64,000 nt of DNA, taken from contig OZ025806.1 in NCBI GenBank assembly GCA_964019425.1, positions 372,001 through 436,000 of the forward strand. Direction: 5' to 3'. Under the pieces are notes generated by a model that had not been told where the DNA came from, did not search any database, and was given only the letters and a program-made list of their open reading frames with translations. Position 1 is the stretch's first letter, and every line of letters starts with the position of its first letter. The DNA comes from Flectonema sp. DT1601 (Eukaryota). Positions 12,513 to 23,518 of this stretch are shown piece by piece. The position numbers and the translations under genes are program-made.

Positions 12513-13031
12513 TCAAATCTTCTGCAGCAGGTCTGTCGGCTGTAGGGAGTTCTTCGTGCCCTTCCTGGTCTCGTGAGGAATGTATTTGAGCGTAGACACG
12601 TCGGACTTGTGCCGAGCCAAGGTCTGAGCTGCGTCCTGTCCTATCTTTGTCGCAACAAAACCTAGTGCGGAATGTCTGACATAATGTGAGGTCGTCGCGA
12701 TACGCCTCTTCAAAAACGCGTTGTAGTTGGATAGTGTCAAACCTGGAAAGATTTGGCTGTCGCCCTGCAGTGTAGTCAGCCAACGTCTCAGAATCTGGAA
12801 AAATGGACCGGTCGTATTGATCAATAGACCCTGTCCTTGGGCCCTGATGTCCGTCTTTCCCGCTATAAGAGTGATCAACGTCTGATTCCCTTTGATTGTA
12901 CGAATGTGATGAACGCAAAGAAGTTCGAGATCCCGAAACCGACAAGCAAGCATCCACTGACACGCTAATGTAACTTTTAGCCTCACCAGGGTAGTCGAGT
13001 TGTCGAAAACCACACTTGTCGTCTCTCCCAC
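12513..13031 (-). CDS. Tyrosine recombinase catalytic domain of the same retroelement (5'-truncated)
   Basis: Complete catalytic set: R (ACRFRD), K (GKTD), HxxR (HYVR), H (ARHKS), Y (TLKY). Confidence 0.88.
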   Translation of the reverse strand: MGETTSVVFDNSTTLVRLKVTLACQWMLACRFRDLELLCVHHIRTIKGNQTLITLIAGKTDIRAQGQGLLINTTGPFFQILRRWLTTLQGDSQIFPGLTLSNYNAFLKRRIATTSHYVRHSALGFVATKIGQDAAQTLARHKSDVSTLKYIPHETRKGTKNSLQPTDLLQKI

Positions 13032-13091
13032 TCGCGTGACTCGCGAAGCAGAAATCGTCGGTACGCATCCTGCTCTGCAAATGCAGACCAG

Positions 13092-13358
13092 TTATGCGTG
13101 CTCTGCGGAAGGGTAAACCCCACCTTGAGGCATGTTCTGACCGGATGCCCTGTTGCACTCAACCAGGGACGTTATACTTGGAGACATGACAGTGTCCTCA
13201 AGAGAATTATACTCTTCTTGGAAGAGTTACTAAAAAAGTACAACCAGAGGAAGTTGTACTTACCTCCACCATCAAAGGCTTTTTTGAAACCAGGAGAAGA
13301 AAAGGCCACAGCAAGACAACCACGCGAGATGATCTGGAGATCAAATCGTCTAATGTGA
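13092..13358 (+). pseudogene. Fragment of an RLE-type non-LTR retrotransposon (zinc-knuckle region, HERO/NeSL-like)
   Basis: CVLCGRVNPTLRHVLTGCPVALNQGRYTWRHDSVL: a CCHC knuckle plus the RHD motif that precedes the restriction-like endonuclease. Confidence 0.8.
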
Positions 13359-13651
13359 ACGCTGACGTTCGAATTGCCCCGACCTTCGATTAAATTTCCT
13401 TTCCAAAAGGGGCTATTGCCCTTTACCCTTTATTTGCCCTTTATTTACATTAAATCCCCTTTATTTCCCTTTTAAAAGGATGAAGACATGATTATTTGTT
13501 TGTGTGTGATATCTGTCGCTATTTATAGCTATTACCAACTAAAGGGTGAAGAGAAAGCACTACCTTTTGATACTAATTAAGCGATAAATTACTTTTATGT
13601 TTGAACCATTATAACAAACAGGGAGCGAACAACAAAAAAAAAAAAAAATAA

Positions 13652-16600
13652 ATGGAAGTAGATGGTCAGGAAGGGTTTGATGAGCAGCTGTACAATAGGC
13701 AAACGTATGCAATCGGGGCTGATGCACAGAAGCGATTGGGGAAAACGGATGTTCTCTTATGTGGAATGACTGGACTTGGATTAGAGATAGCAAAGAACAT
13801 CATTCTAACAGGAGTTCGATCTGTTACTTTATTTGATCCAGATAATGTTAAGTGGAATGACTTGTCATCTGCATTCTACTTTACAGAAGACGATGTGGGT
13901 TCGAACAGAGTTGACAGTTGTGTTTCAAAACTACAAGAATTAAATAAATACGTAAGAGTATCAAAATTAGACAAATCGACCCTCACACATGACGATATCC
14001 GAGACTGGAAGGGTGCATCTGTTGCCCAAGACAGTGAATCTCAGCAGGTAATAGTCTATATTGATCACCCAACAAGTCAATTGAAGGAAGTAAACAGTTT
14101 TTGCAGAGAAAATGGAGTTAAATTTATTTCATCAGAATCAAGAGGTTTGGCTGGTTGTATATTCGTTGATGACGGACCAGAACACACAGTCTTTGATGTT
14201 GATGGTGAAGAGGTAAAGTCATTATTAGTAACTGGAATCACTTCGGATTCTTCAACACCAACTGTTACCATTCAAGATAATGCACGACATGACTTATCTG
14301 ATGGTGACGCCGTGATGTTCACAGACCTGCCTGATCTGCCTGCACTTCACAATGATACTGTTGAAGTTTCTAACCCAATCGTGTTTCGTGTTAAGGTAAA
14401 AAGTCCAATCTGCTTTATTCTGTACACTGAAGGTTCTGATGGAAATCTCATCCCATTCGACACCTCATCGATGCGCTACAGCAGAGGTGGATACGTCACG
14501 CAGGTTAAACTACCAAAGAAGATGAAGTTCGACCCCTTAGAACAATCTCTCTGTCATCCAGAATTTCTTATTACTGATTTTGCGAAGATGGACGCACCAG
14601 GAACGTTGCACTTGCTGTTCTTGGCATTGCATGAGTTTGAAAAATTACACGGACACCTACCTGCGGCTCACAACTCTACTCACGCTGACGAGGTATTACA
14701 ACTTGCTAAGACATTTCACAGCGGGTTATCATCGTTGTCTTTTGACGATGACTTGATTGTGAAATTGGCAGCAGTTTCAAGTGGAAACATCAATCCAATG
14801 GCTGCTATCTTAGGAGGGTTTACAGCACACGAAGTGCTGAAGGCTGCTTCCGGTAAGTTCACTCCGATTCATCAGTGGTTTTATTTCGATGCGAGGGAAT
14901 TGTTGATGAGCCCATCCCCAGCACCAGAGACTTGTCAACCACAATGCAATCGCTATGATGGATCAGTCGCAATTTTCGGAAGTGAATTTCAAAAACGAAT
15001 TTCGACATCAAAATTATTTGTTGTTGGTAGTGGAGCTTTAGGATGTGAATTTCTGAAAAATTTTTCCATGATGGGAGTAGGAACCGACAGCGGTGGTGTA
15101 GTGGTAACTGACATGGACGGCATAGAGAAAAGTAATCTCTCAAGGCAATTCTTATTCAGAACCAAAGATATTGGGAGCTTGAAGTCTGAGGTCGCAGCGG
15201 CAGCAGCAAATGCTATGAACCCAGACATGAAAATCAAGCACTTAACTGAGAAAGTTGCTCCAGAAACTGAGCACATCTTCAACGATGATTTCTGGGAATC
15301 GTTAGATGTCGTTGTAAACGCTCTTGATAACGTAATTGCGAGGCTTTTCGTAGATGCACAGTGTGTCCATTACAGAAAACCTCTTTTAGAATCAGGTACC
15401 TTAGGAAGTAAAGGAAATGTTCAGGTAGTTGTCCCACACATAACTGAGTCATACGGAACTAAAAGAGATCCTCCAGAACAATCTATTCCACACTGTACGT
15501 TGAAGAATTTCCCAAACGCTATTGAACACACCATTCAGTGGGCACGTGATTCTTTTGAGGGATTATTTACAAATGTTCCAAGGGATGTGAATTGCTACAT
15601 CAACGATCAAAACTTTCTTAACCAATTAGAAGCAGAAGCAAACACTAGACAAGCGACTCTCAATGGAATCCGACATGCGATGATTGTTGAGCGTCCTAAG
15701 TCTTTCCAAGATTGTATTGGATGGGCTCGTAGAAAGTTCGATGCTTTCTTTACAAATGAAATCCTTCAGTTGCTCCACAACTTCCCTCTTGATAGAAGAA
15801 GTAATGAAGGTGAATTGTTTTGGAGTGGTCCGAAGCGTCCCCCACAGGCTATTATGGTATGACTTTTTATAATTGTTAAGTGGGGGTGAATGACCTACAA
15901 CAACAATAATACACAGTTCGACCCTAACGACCAAGTGCACGCATCATTCGTTGCATCCTGCGCCAACTTGCAGGCTGCTATTTACAGCATTGACGGATCC
16001 AGAGACATTGCCTCGGTATGATATTTTATAAAAAACCCATAGTGTTGAGGAAAAAAAAAGAAAAAAGAAAAAGAGAAATAAAAAACCTCAATAACAACAA
16101 CAGATTGCTGACTATGCTGCTAAGGTGCAGGTTGACCCATTTATGCCAAAGAAAGTACATATCCAAACGGAAGAGAATGAGAAGGTACAGGAAGATACCG
16201 CAGCTGAGATGACTGCTGAGGAGATCATCGCTCTACTTCCTCAGAGGGAGGGTCAGCAGGTGTTGAATGAAGTTGAATTTGAGAAAGATGATGACTCAAA
16301 TCACCACATCGACTTCATCACCGCATGTTCTAATTTGAGAGCTAGGAATTTCAAAATTCCTGAAGCGAACAGAAGCAAAACCAAGCAAATTGCAGGCAAA
16401 ATCATACCAGCCATGGTCACCACAACTGCTCTTGTAACTGGACTCGTTGGCATCGAATTGCTAAAGGTTTTGAGAGGCGATAAGACGATTGAAGCCTACA
16501 AAAGTGCATTTCTTAACCTGGCTATTCCGTTTCTTACTCTAAGCGAACCTGGTGAGGTTCCGAAAAATAAGTATGGGCCGGAATCGAACCCAAGACATTG

Positions 16601-17031
16601 GACGCTTTGGGACCGTTTTGACATTGATGTTGGCAGAGACATAACACTGAAGGAACTTATCCAGTGGTTCGAAGACAACCATCAGCTTGAGATCAATATG
16701 GTTTGTTTTACTTTTTTGTTTATTTTATGATAAAACTGGAATAATGAAGTAGTTGTCAGTTATCTGTTTTAAAATTTTCAATTCCACTGCCGTTGCAAGC
16801 AAAAAAATAAAATAAAACCAGATGTCAGCGGGCACTAGTATGATATACAGCTTTTTCAGTAAGAAAGCTGAGGTAAGAAGAAGGATGGCTATGAAAATGT
16901 CTGAATTAGTACGTGAGATTTCAAAACAAGAATTCACTGACAGTCAAAAGTACATCCCCATGGAGGTTTCAGCAGAGTACGAAGGGGAAGATGCGGAGGT
17001 TCCTTCCGTTAGATATCGATTTCGTTTTTAA
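13652..17031 (+). CDS. UBA1: Ubiquitin-activating enzyme E1 (4 exons, about 1036 aa)
   Basis: LYNRQTY, GSGALGCE, DMDGIEKSNLSRQFLF, catalytic SIPHCTLKNFP, FEKDDDSNHHIDF. Exons 13652-15856, 15917-16015, 16104-16700 and 16822-17031 join in frame via GT-AG. Confidence 0.97.
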
Positions 17032-18107
17032 ATAAAAAGGTGCAATTTCCACCCCACCCTCCCCTCTGCTTTTTCTTTTTCCTGCTTCCCTTTCCTTTTT
17101 GACGTTTGTTTCATAAAACTAAGAGGTGACAATATAGAACAGTCTTGTCGTGCTATTTTCAACAGCACCAGCGAAATGATTCGTACCGTTAAAAAAATAA
17201 AGAGTAAACCCTAATCCATTCCCCTCCCTTTTCTCTTAAGTGTAATTTGTTATCTAGCATTTTAACTACTATTTTGAGATGAAACTAAATCTTCTGTCAC
17301 ACTTTAACTTTGTTACTTTTCTTTGCATTGTCAAAATATCCCCCCCCCCACAATCACCATGGTAGTCTAATTACATTCTTTGGCTAGCTCGCTCTTGACT
17401 ACACAGGTGAACTGTAATGCATTCAAAAAAAAAAAAGAAAAAAGAGAGAAAACCCAGTGTTTTTTCCCTCTTCTACGGTTTGTGCAAGCTAACCTACAAA
17501 CTGTTTATATCGTGAGTGCGTTATTACTTACAACACGGAAAAAAAAAAAAAAAAAAAAACAAATAGTGCGGAAGTCCATACAGGTTTGATCAGTGGTTAC
17601 CTGTACACAAATATTTCCTTTCACACATGTGTTGAAGAGAGAACTTTTTTCTTTTTTTTCAAGCTCGCAATTAAAAAAAAAAAAAAAAGAAAAGCACCTC
17701 CTTGTTGTCCCTTCTCTTTTCCCCCCTCTTTCACATTAGAAGTCTTTTATTAAAAAAACAAAAAAACAAAACAAAAAAAAATGAATTAAAATATATTTCT
17801 ATTATTGTTATTATTGGCATCGTAGGGTCTTCTCTGTCGTACTTGTTTTAATATTTGTTAACTGTTTGTTACAGGATTACTTTGATAAGTTGCATTTTTT
17901 AGCACATGGAAAGCTCGTAAGCTGACCTTTATGGAAGCCACTGATAGTTTCCTTTTGAGGTTTGTTAAAAAGTACTGTAAAAAAGAAAGGGGAATACTTA
18001 TCGTGAGGGGGAAAAAAAAAAAAAAAATTGTGAATTTAATTCATTCTATTCCAACTTTTGTTTTTTATTTCAGGAAATTTTTAACTGGAGGAGCAAATGA
18101 TATCAAA

Positions 18108-19418
18108 ATGACCGAAAATGATGGAATTCGAGGATGTGGTGGAGCACTAAGCGGAAATAGAGTTTTCTGGCTACCAGTAATAATAATACTGCTGCTGTGC
18201 TTCGGTAGTTTTATTCATCTTGAGGACAATAGTGATCCTGCGGTGGCAGTGGTTCCAACTAACGCTGTGGTTTTGAAAGTACCTGTGAAAACTCCTCCTC
18301 CGATCACCCCTTCATTCTCATACAATGAGTATCCTATAGACACACAGGAAGGTTGTGAGAAGGTCATTCGAGAGGGGATCGAAAACACAGCTACGATAAA
18401 GCTCCAGAATATTGATAAGCTCAGAACTCATTTTGAAGAATCGATGAGAGCTGGGGAACACCTCCGAACCTGCCACATTTCTGAAAAAAATCGTCAAAAA
18501 AAAAGAAAAGGTTCCCTTGGAATCTCAGCTAAAAAACGATATTGGATAGACTTGGGCGCAAGGGCGATGGATGTTACGAAAAATTTTAATTTACAATATC
18601 CGGGTGCTTCAGGGTTTATAAAGCATACCTTTGAACCAAATCCTTCATTCAGTCACCTATACAAAACCCATAGTGATATTTCCCACCACCAAGTCGCTGT
18701 AAGTATAGTGAACGATTCGTTACAGCTAAGTAATGCTGATGTTGGCTCCTCGATTGTAAAAAAAGCATCAAAATCTGTAGCAGGACCCTCGATGTCTGTT
18801 CAAAGTATCAACTGGGTTGATTGGTTGGCTCGTACCGTTACTTCAGATGATTTTGTTGTTGTAAAAATGGATGTCGAGTTTTGTGAGTTCGGAATCATTA
18901 ATTTGTTGTTGCAATCATCAGCAATCACATTGATTGATGAACTACTACTTGAGTGTCATTATAAAACAAGAAAATCTAGAAAATACATACCAGCAGAGGG
19001 AGAAGAGGAACCAATTTCCAGAACTGATTGTAAGAATTTTGTTCACCTCATTGAGCTTTCTGGAGTTGTGGCTATTAATTGGTCAAAAGTATGTTTTTTT
19101 TTCCTTTCAATCTTGGGAAGAAAACGTTGGTAGTTTCTTTTGCTTTCTTTGTCCCGTCTTCCCCATCCGCCTCCCCATCCGCCTCCCCAGCGTCATCCGT
19201 CGTGATCGTTTTGTTGGGGCTGTTGAAAACAGTATGGGAAAAAAAAAAAAAAAAATAGAAAAATTTTCACGCTGATCAATATGCCGCATCACATGGAGGT
19301 TTTCAGGTTTGTGTTGTTTTTTGTAATTAACTTCCATCTAACCTTTGAATGAGAGAAGAAACCTTTACGGTAAAGTCTCCTGAAATATTAAAAAAACAAC
19401 TTCCGACAGGCTACGTGA
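18108..19418 (+). CDS. Type II membrane SAM-dependent methyltransferase, FkbM-like (about 345 aa)
   Basis: N-terminal TM helix; YWIDLGAR, HTFEPNP, DFVVVKMDVE. Exons 18108-19088, 19259-19306, 19410-19418; the last exon is tentative. Confidence 0.75.
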
Positions 19419-19626
19419 CAACCCTGAAGATTACTAGACTTACACAGAGCCAATGAGTTGGTGTGGACCCCCAACTCTCTATTAGTACTTTCAATGGTAA
19501 ATCGTAACTGAAAAACTTGACCGTTGATATGAAAACTGATTACTTCACTTCGTCTCACAAGATCCAACACCAGAAGTCTGGGGCTTGTCATTATGCCGCC
19601 CTTGCACGTTGAACAACGATACACTC

Positions 19627-19662
<36 letters not shown>

Positions 19663-20119
19663 ACCGACATAGTCGGGGAAGAAACTATTCAGATTGAAAG
19701 CCGGTATTTCTTACGGTCATGAATTACTTTCCCCCGTGCGACAGGATTTTGTCTGCGTTTCAACGAAAAAAAATAAAAAAACGGTACGTTCAACGAAATA
19801 TAAGGCTAATCTGAATGGTTTTTTTTTTTTTTTTTTTTTTTTGTACTATTGCAAAACTAACACTTCAAATGCTGAATGGATAGATAATTATTAAAAAAAT
19901 TTAACTCTTTGTTGTAATTTTTTTTTACATTTTTAATCTTTTAATTTTTTTTTAATTATTAATTATTGTTATTCACATTCTCCCCCTCAGGTGCTCAACT
20001 ATGTTCACGTCTGTGTAGTGGAATCAGTTTTTTTTTTGGATTTCCTTCTTTTAGTAAAAAAAAGAATCAAAAAAAAAAAAAAAAAAAAAAACTTAATTTT
20101 CTCTTCCTCCTCGTCAGGT

Positions 20120-20892
20120 ATGTTAACTACGGTAGTTATACTGCTTGCTACAGTTGGACAGATACAATCAACTTTGCAAAGATGTGGAACATCTTATTTA
20201 GATGCCGTGCCTTGTCACTTCATGAAACCTGGTGACACCTGCAATGTTGATAGATGGTTGTTAAGGTTACGAGAACAGGTATCAAATTACCCTCTTCGAG
20301 CCAAACTGACGTGTTTTTCTTCAATTAAAAACATCAGCAACAACAACAACAACAACAGGCAATCACAATTGAAAATGTTGAGCTTCCCAATCAAGATGTT
20401 CAGCTTCATAGAAAATTGCTAACATCTTTATTCGAAGCTGAAAAACAGATATGCGAATGCAAGTTCGGAACTGTCTCGGACGCTGATGAAGTTTGTAGCG
20501 TGTCTACGAATTGTTTTTTAAGACCTGATTCATGCTATGCCGATAGTTATCCAAAACAATCAAATGCTGATTACAATAAAACAGACGTCTGTCAAGACCA
20601 ACACATATGTGCGATGATTGTTAGTTCTGCTAGAGCTTTGTTTCTTGAAATCGTTCTTGAACTGAATCCCTTTCCCAATGATCCGGATTTCTCTGTTTTA
20701 GAATGTATTGAAGTGTGGCAGACTTGTATCTTCAATGTTCGCTCTTGTCACGAACATCTCTGCTCTTTAGGATTTACCAATAACGGTACCTGTCCATCGA
20801 TTACGTTTTGCGACTTGGTATCTGCAAGTGCTTCCGGTTTTGGTATTTCTTTACTACTGTTTGTCGTTGCTGTTACAGTTGTTTTGATGTGA
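20120..20892 (+). CDS. Cysteine-rich secreted or surface protein with signal peptide and C-terminal hydrophobic anchor (about 230 aa)
   Basis: Exons 20120-20278 and 20359-20892 join in frame; hydrophobic N- and C-termini; many Cys. Confidence 0.8.
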
Positions 20893-21228
20893 AGGGAAAA
20901 AAAAAAAAAAATGTGTGAGCATTGGCATTGTTTTTTTCCCTGTTAAAATGCGTTACTGAGCTGGGTGCTATAACCATGATTTACACTTTTTTATAACTGT
21001 AGTACATACTTGTACCACTTTAAATGGTAGTAGGGATTATTTCTCGTGAGGAAAATCCACACAATTTTATTTAAAGAAATTATTCCTTTTTTTTTTACAA
21101 TATTATTATTATTATTATTATTATTTGTTTAAGTTTTGTTACCTACTGAACTCCCTTACGGGATGTCATGATGAGTGATTGAATTCCTTCTTCCCTAATA
21201 TTTATTATTTTGAAAGGAGTACTTCAAC

Positions 21229-22849
21229 ATGTCTATGGGAGTCGTAACCCCCCTCCGGAGGGAGGGAATCCCTGGAGAAGGCAGTGGTAACAATCAACTG
21301 GCTGAGGTGATGACTGAAATGTTTGACGCACATTTAGATAACAGAAATGGAATTGATTCTCTGATGAAAAGTTTAAGAGAAGCAGAAGGTCAGTTGCAAG
21401 ATGCCATTCAACAAGAAGCGGATTGCAGAGCTGATGTTAAAGTCAGACAGATGGAAGCTGATAAGATGACTGGTGCTCAAGATAAAAAGATTACCACTCT
21501 AGACAGAGAGTTACAAGCATTAGTTATCCAACGTGATGAAAAAGATCGAACTCTACACAAACTAGAAGCAGACCTCCAAGGAGCTTTAGCGAGAGTATCA
21601 CAGACTGGACACACGACTCATGATGCTGAGCAACTACTTCAGCAATTGCAAGAACTTGAAGAACGTGAAAAACATCTTCGCAAGTTAGAAAATCGATTAA
21701 TATGTTGTGAAGAATTACGACTAGAGGGATCAAAGACATTAGACGCCTTACGAAATGAACACGAACACCTTAGTCAAGTTCAAGGAACTTACTACCAAAG
21801 TGTACGTGGGCAGATGGAAGATAATCAAAGAATAGCTGACCAACTTACTTTACAATTAAAGGATCTCTCTGATAAAAGAGAACATCTGTCTTCAACATCT
21901 CGTGAGACTGCAGCTTCAAAAAAACAAACCGAAGATTTATACCAGCAATTAACCAACGTAAAAGGTGTCTTGGAAACAGATTTGAAGAAAAGTCAATCAG
22001 CGATGGCTCGTGGAGAGCAGGAGCTCAACTTATTCATGTCAGAGTTGCTAGGACAACACACACCACCATATAAGTTATTTTGTAAGATGGAGGAGACGAT
22101 GATGCTTTTAAAGGCTGCAGCCATCAATCTGGATTCTGATCATTCTTTCATCGGAGAGATAAATGACAAGGCTGGTTTCATGTCTAGCGATGTTGATTTC
22201 CGTGGACTTCAATCTTTTTGCGATGCCTTTAGATACATCAGAGGACAAGTAGAATGTCATTACGGAGTTCAACCTGATCATGAGCGTTGGCTTCTAAGTG
22301 GGGACGAGATCGTTTTTGAAGAAGTCGAACCCCTCTTGTCTGCTCTCAAGCAGCTTGTTACCTGTTATGATATGGTCTGTTTCTTTTTGGTTTTGTTTTT
22401 GTGCTTTTAGTCAAAATGGAATAGGAATGGAAAAAAAAAAACAAAAAACAAAACAGATGGCTGACGATGCTAAACTCGAGATTCCATTTACAAAAGAAAT
22501 CATTCGCAACAGCAGCCATTTGTTGAACCTAATCCAAGAAACAGCCTTGAAGTATCAGGAAATTGAAAACGCTCGTGAGGAAGAACTCAGAAACGTCCAA
22601 CGTGCAAAGTATGAAATTCTTTTTTAGGCTGTCGAATTTTCACCAGATTTGGTAATAAAAAACAATAAAAACAGAGATATGAAAAAGCGAGAGCGCCTAG
22701 CTAAAAAATACGCTCCTAGACAACGAGATCCTTACAGTCGAGCGCCGGCAATGCAACAAGTTCGAAGCGGTAGCGTTGGCACTGCACACAGAGGGATTTC
22801 ATATGCAGGAAACACAGAAAGAAATGTGTCTCCAAGTAGAGCGCACTAG
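21229..22849 (+). CDS. Coiled-coil hypothetical protein (3 exons, about 490 aa)
   Basis: Heptad-like Q/E/L-rich ORF; exons 21229-22374, 22457-22608, 22675-22849 join in frame. Confidence 0.85.
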
Positions 22850-23518
22850 TGCTTTATATGTGTTTTTTTCTCCTCTTTTTTTTCTTTTTTCCCCTTTCTA
22901 AATAACTGTACTCACAAGCCGACCATTGCGACTGGTCGGATCCATAGATTTTCCTTTTTTACAATTGTTATTAACTACGCTGTGCCTTTTCTTCTTTTTT
23001 TTTTTTTCAATCTTATTTTTTTTAGATAGCCTTGTTTGTTGTTATTTGAGCTTGTATATAAAAAACGAAAATTGAAAACGAAAAAAAAAAAAAGATTTTT
23101 ATAAAAGAAAATAAAAAAAGAAGAAAACAAGAAATGAAAAAAAACACACTCTCCAACCCAATGTTGTTTGCATGAGGAAAAAAAAAAAAAAAAAAAAAAA
23201 AATAGCAATCGGTAAAAACCTACTTACTAAAAAAAAGGTGTTTGACACTCCGCTGCCCACAATTATATTTTTCCACTCGTTAAACGTGTCTTCGGGAGCA
23301 AAATAACATATCTTTTGGGGGGAATGAGATAGTCACCGTAATTGCTACTTACGGGAAAAAAAAAAAAAAATTCTTTGTCTGTATTCTCTTGTTATGTCGA
23401 AAAGTTCTGCAGTATATTCCTGTGCGTTTTTCTTTAAAAAAAAAAATGCAACTGAAGTTCTATTTTACCCTCACATCTCTCTTAGTAGGAGGTACTGAGG
23501 TCTGATGTACCGAGTGAA

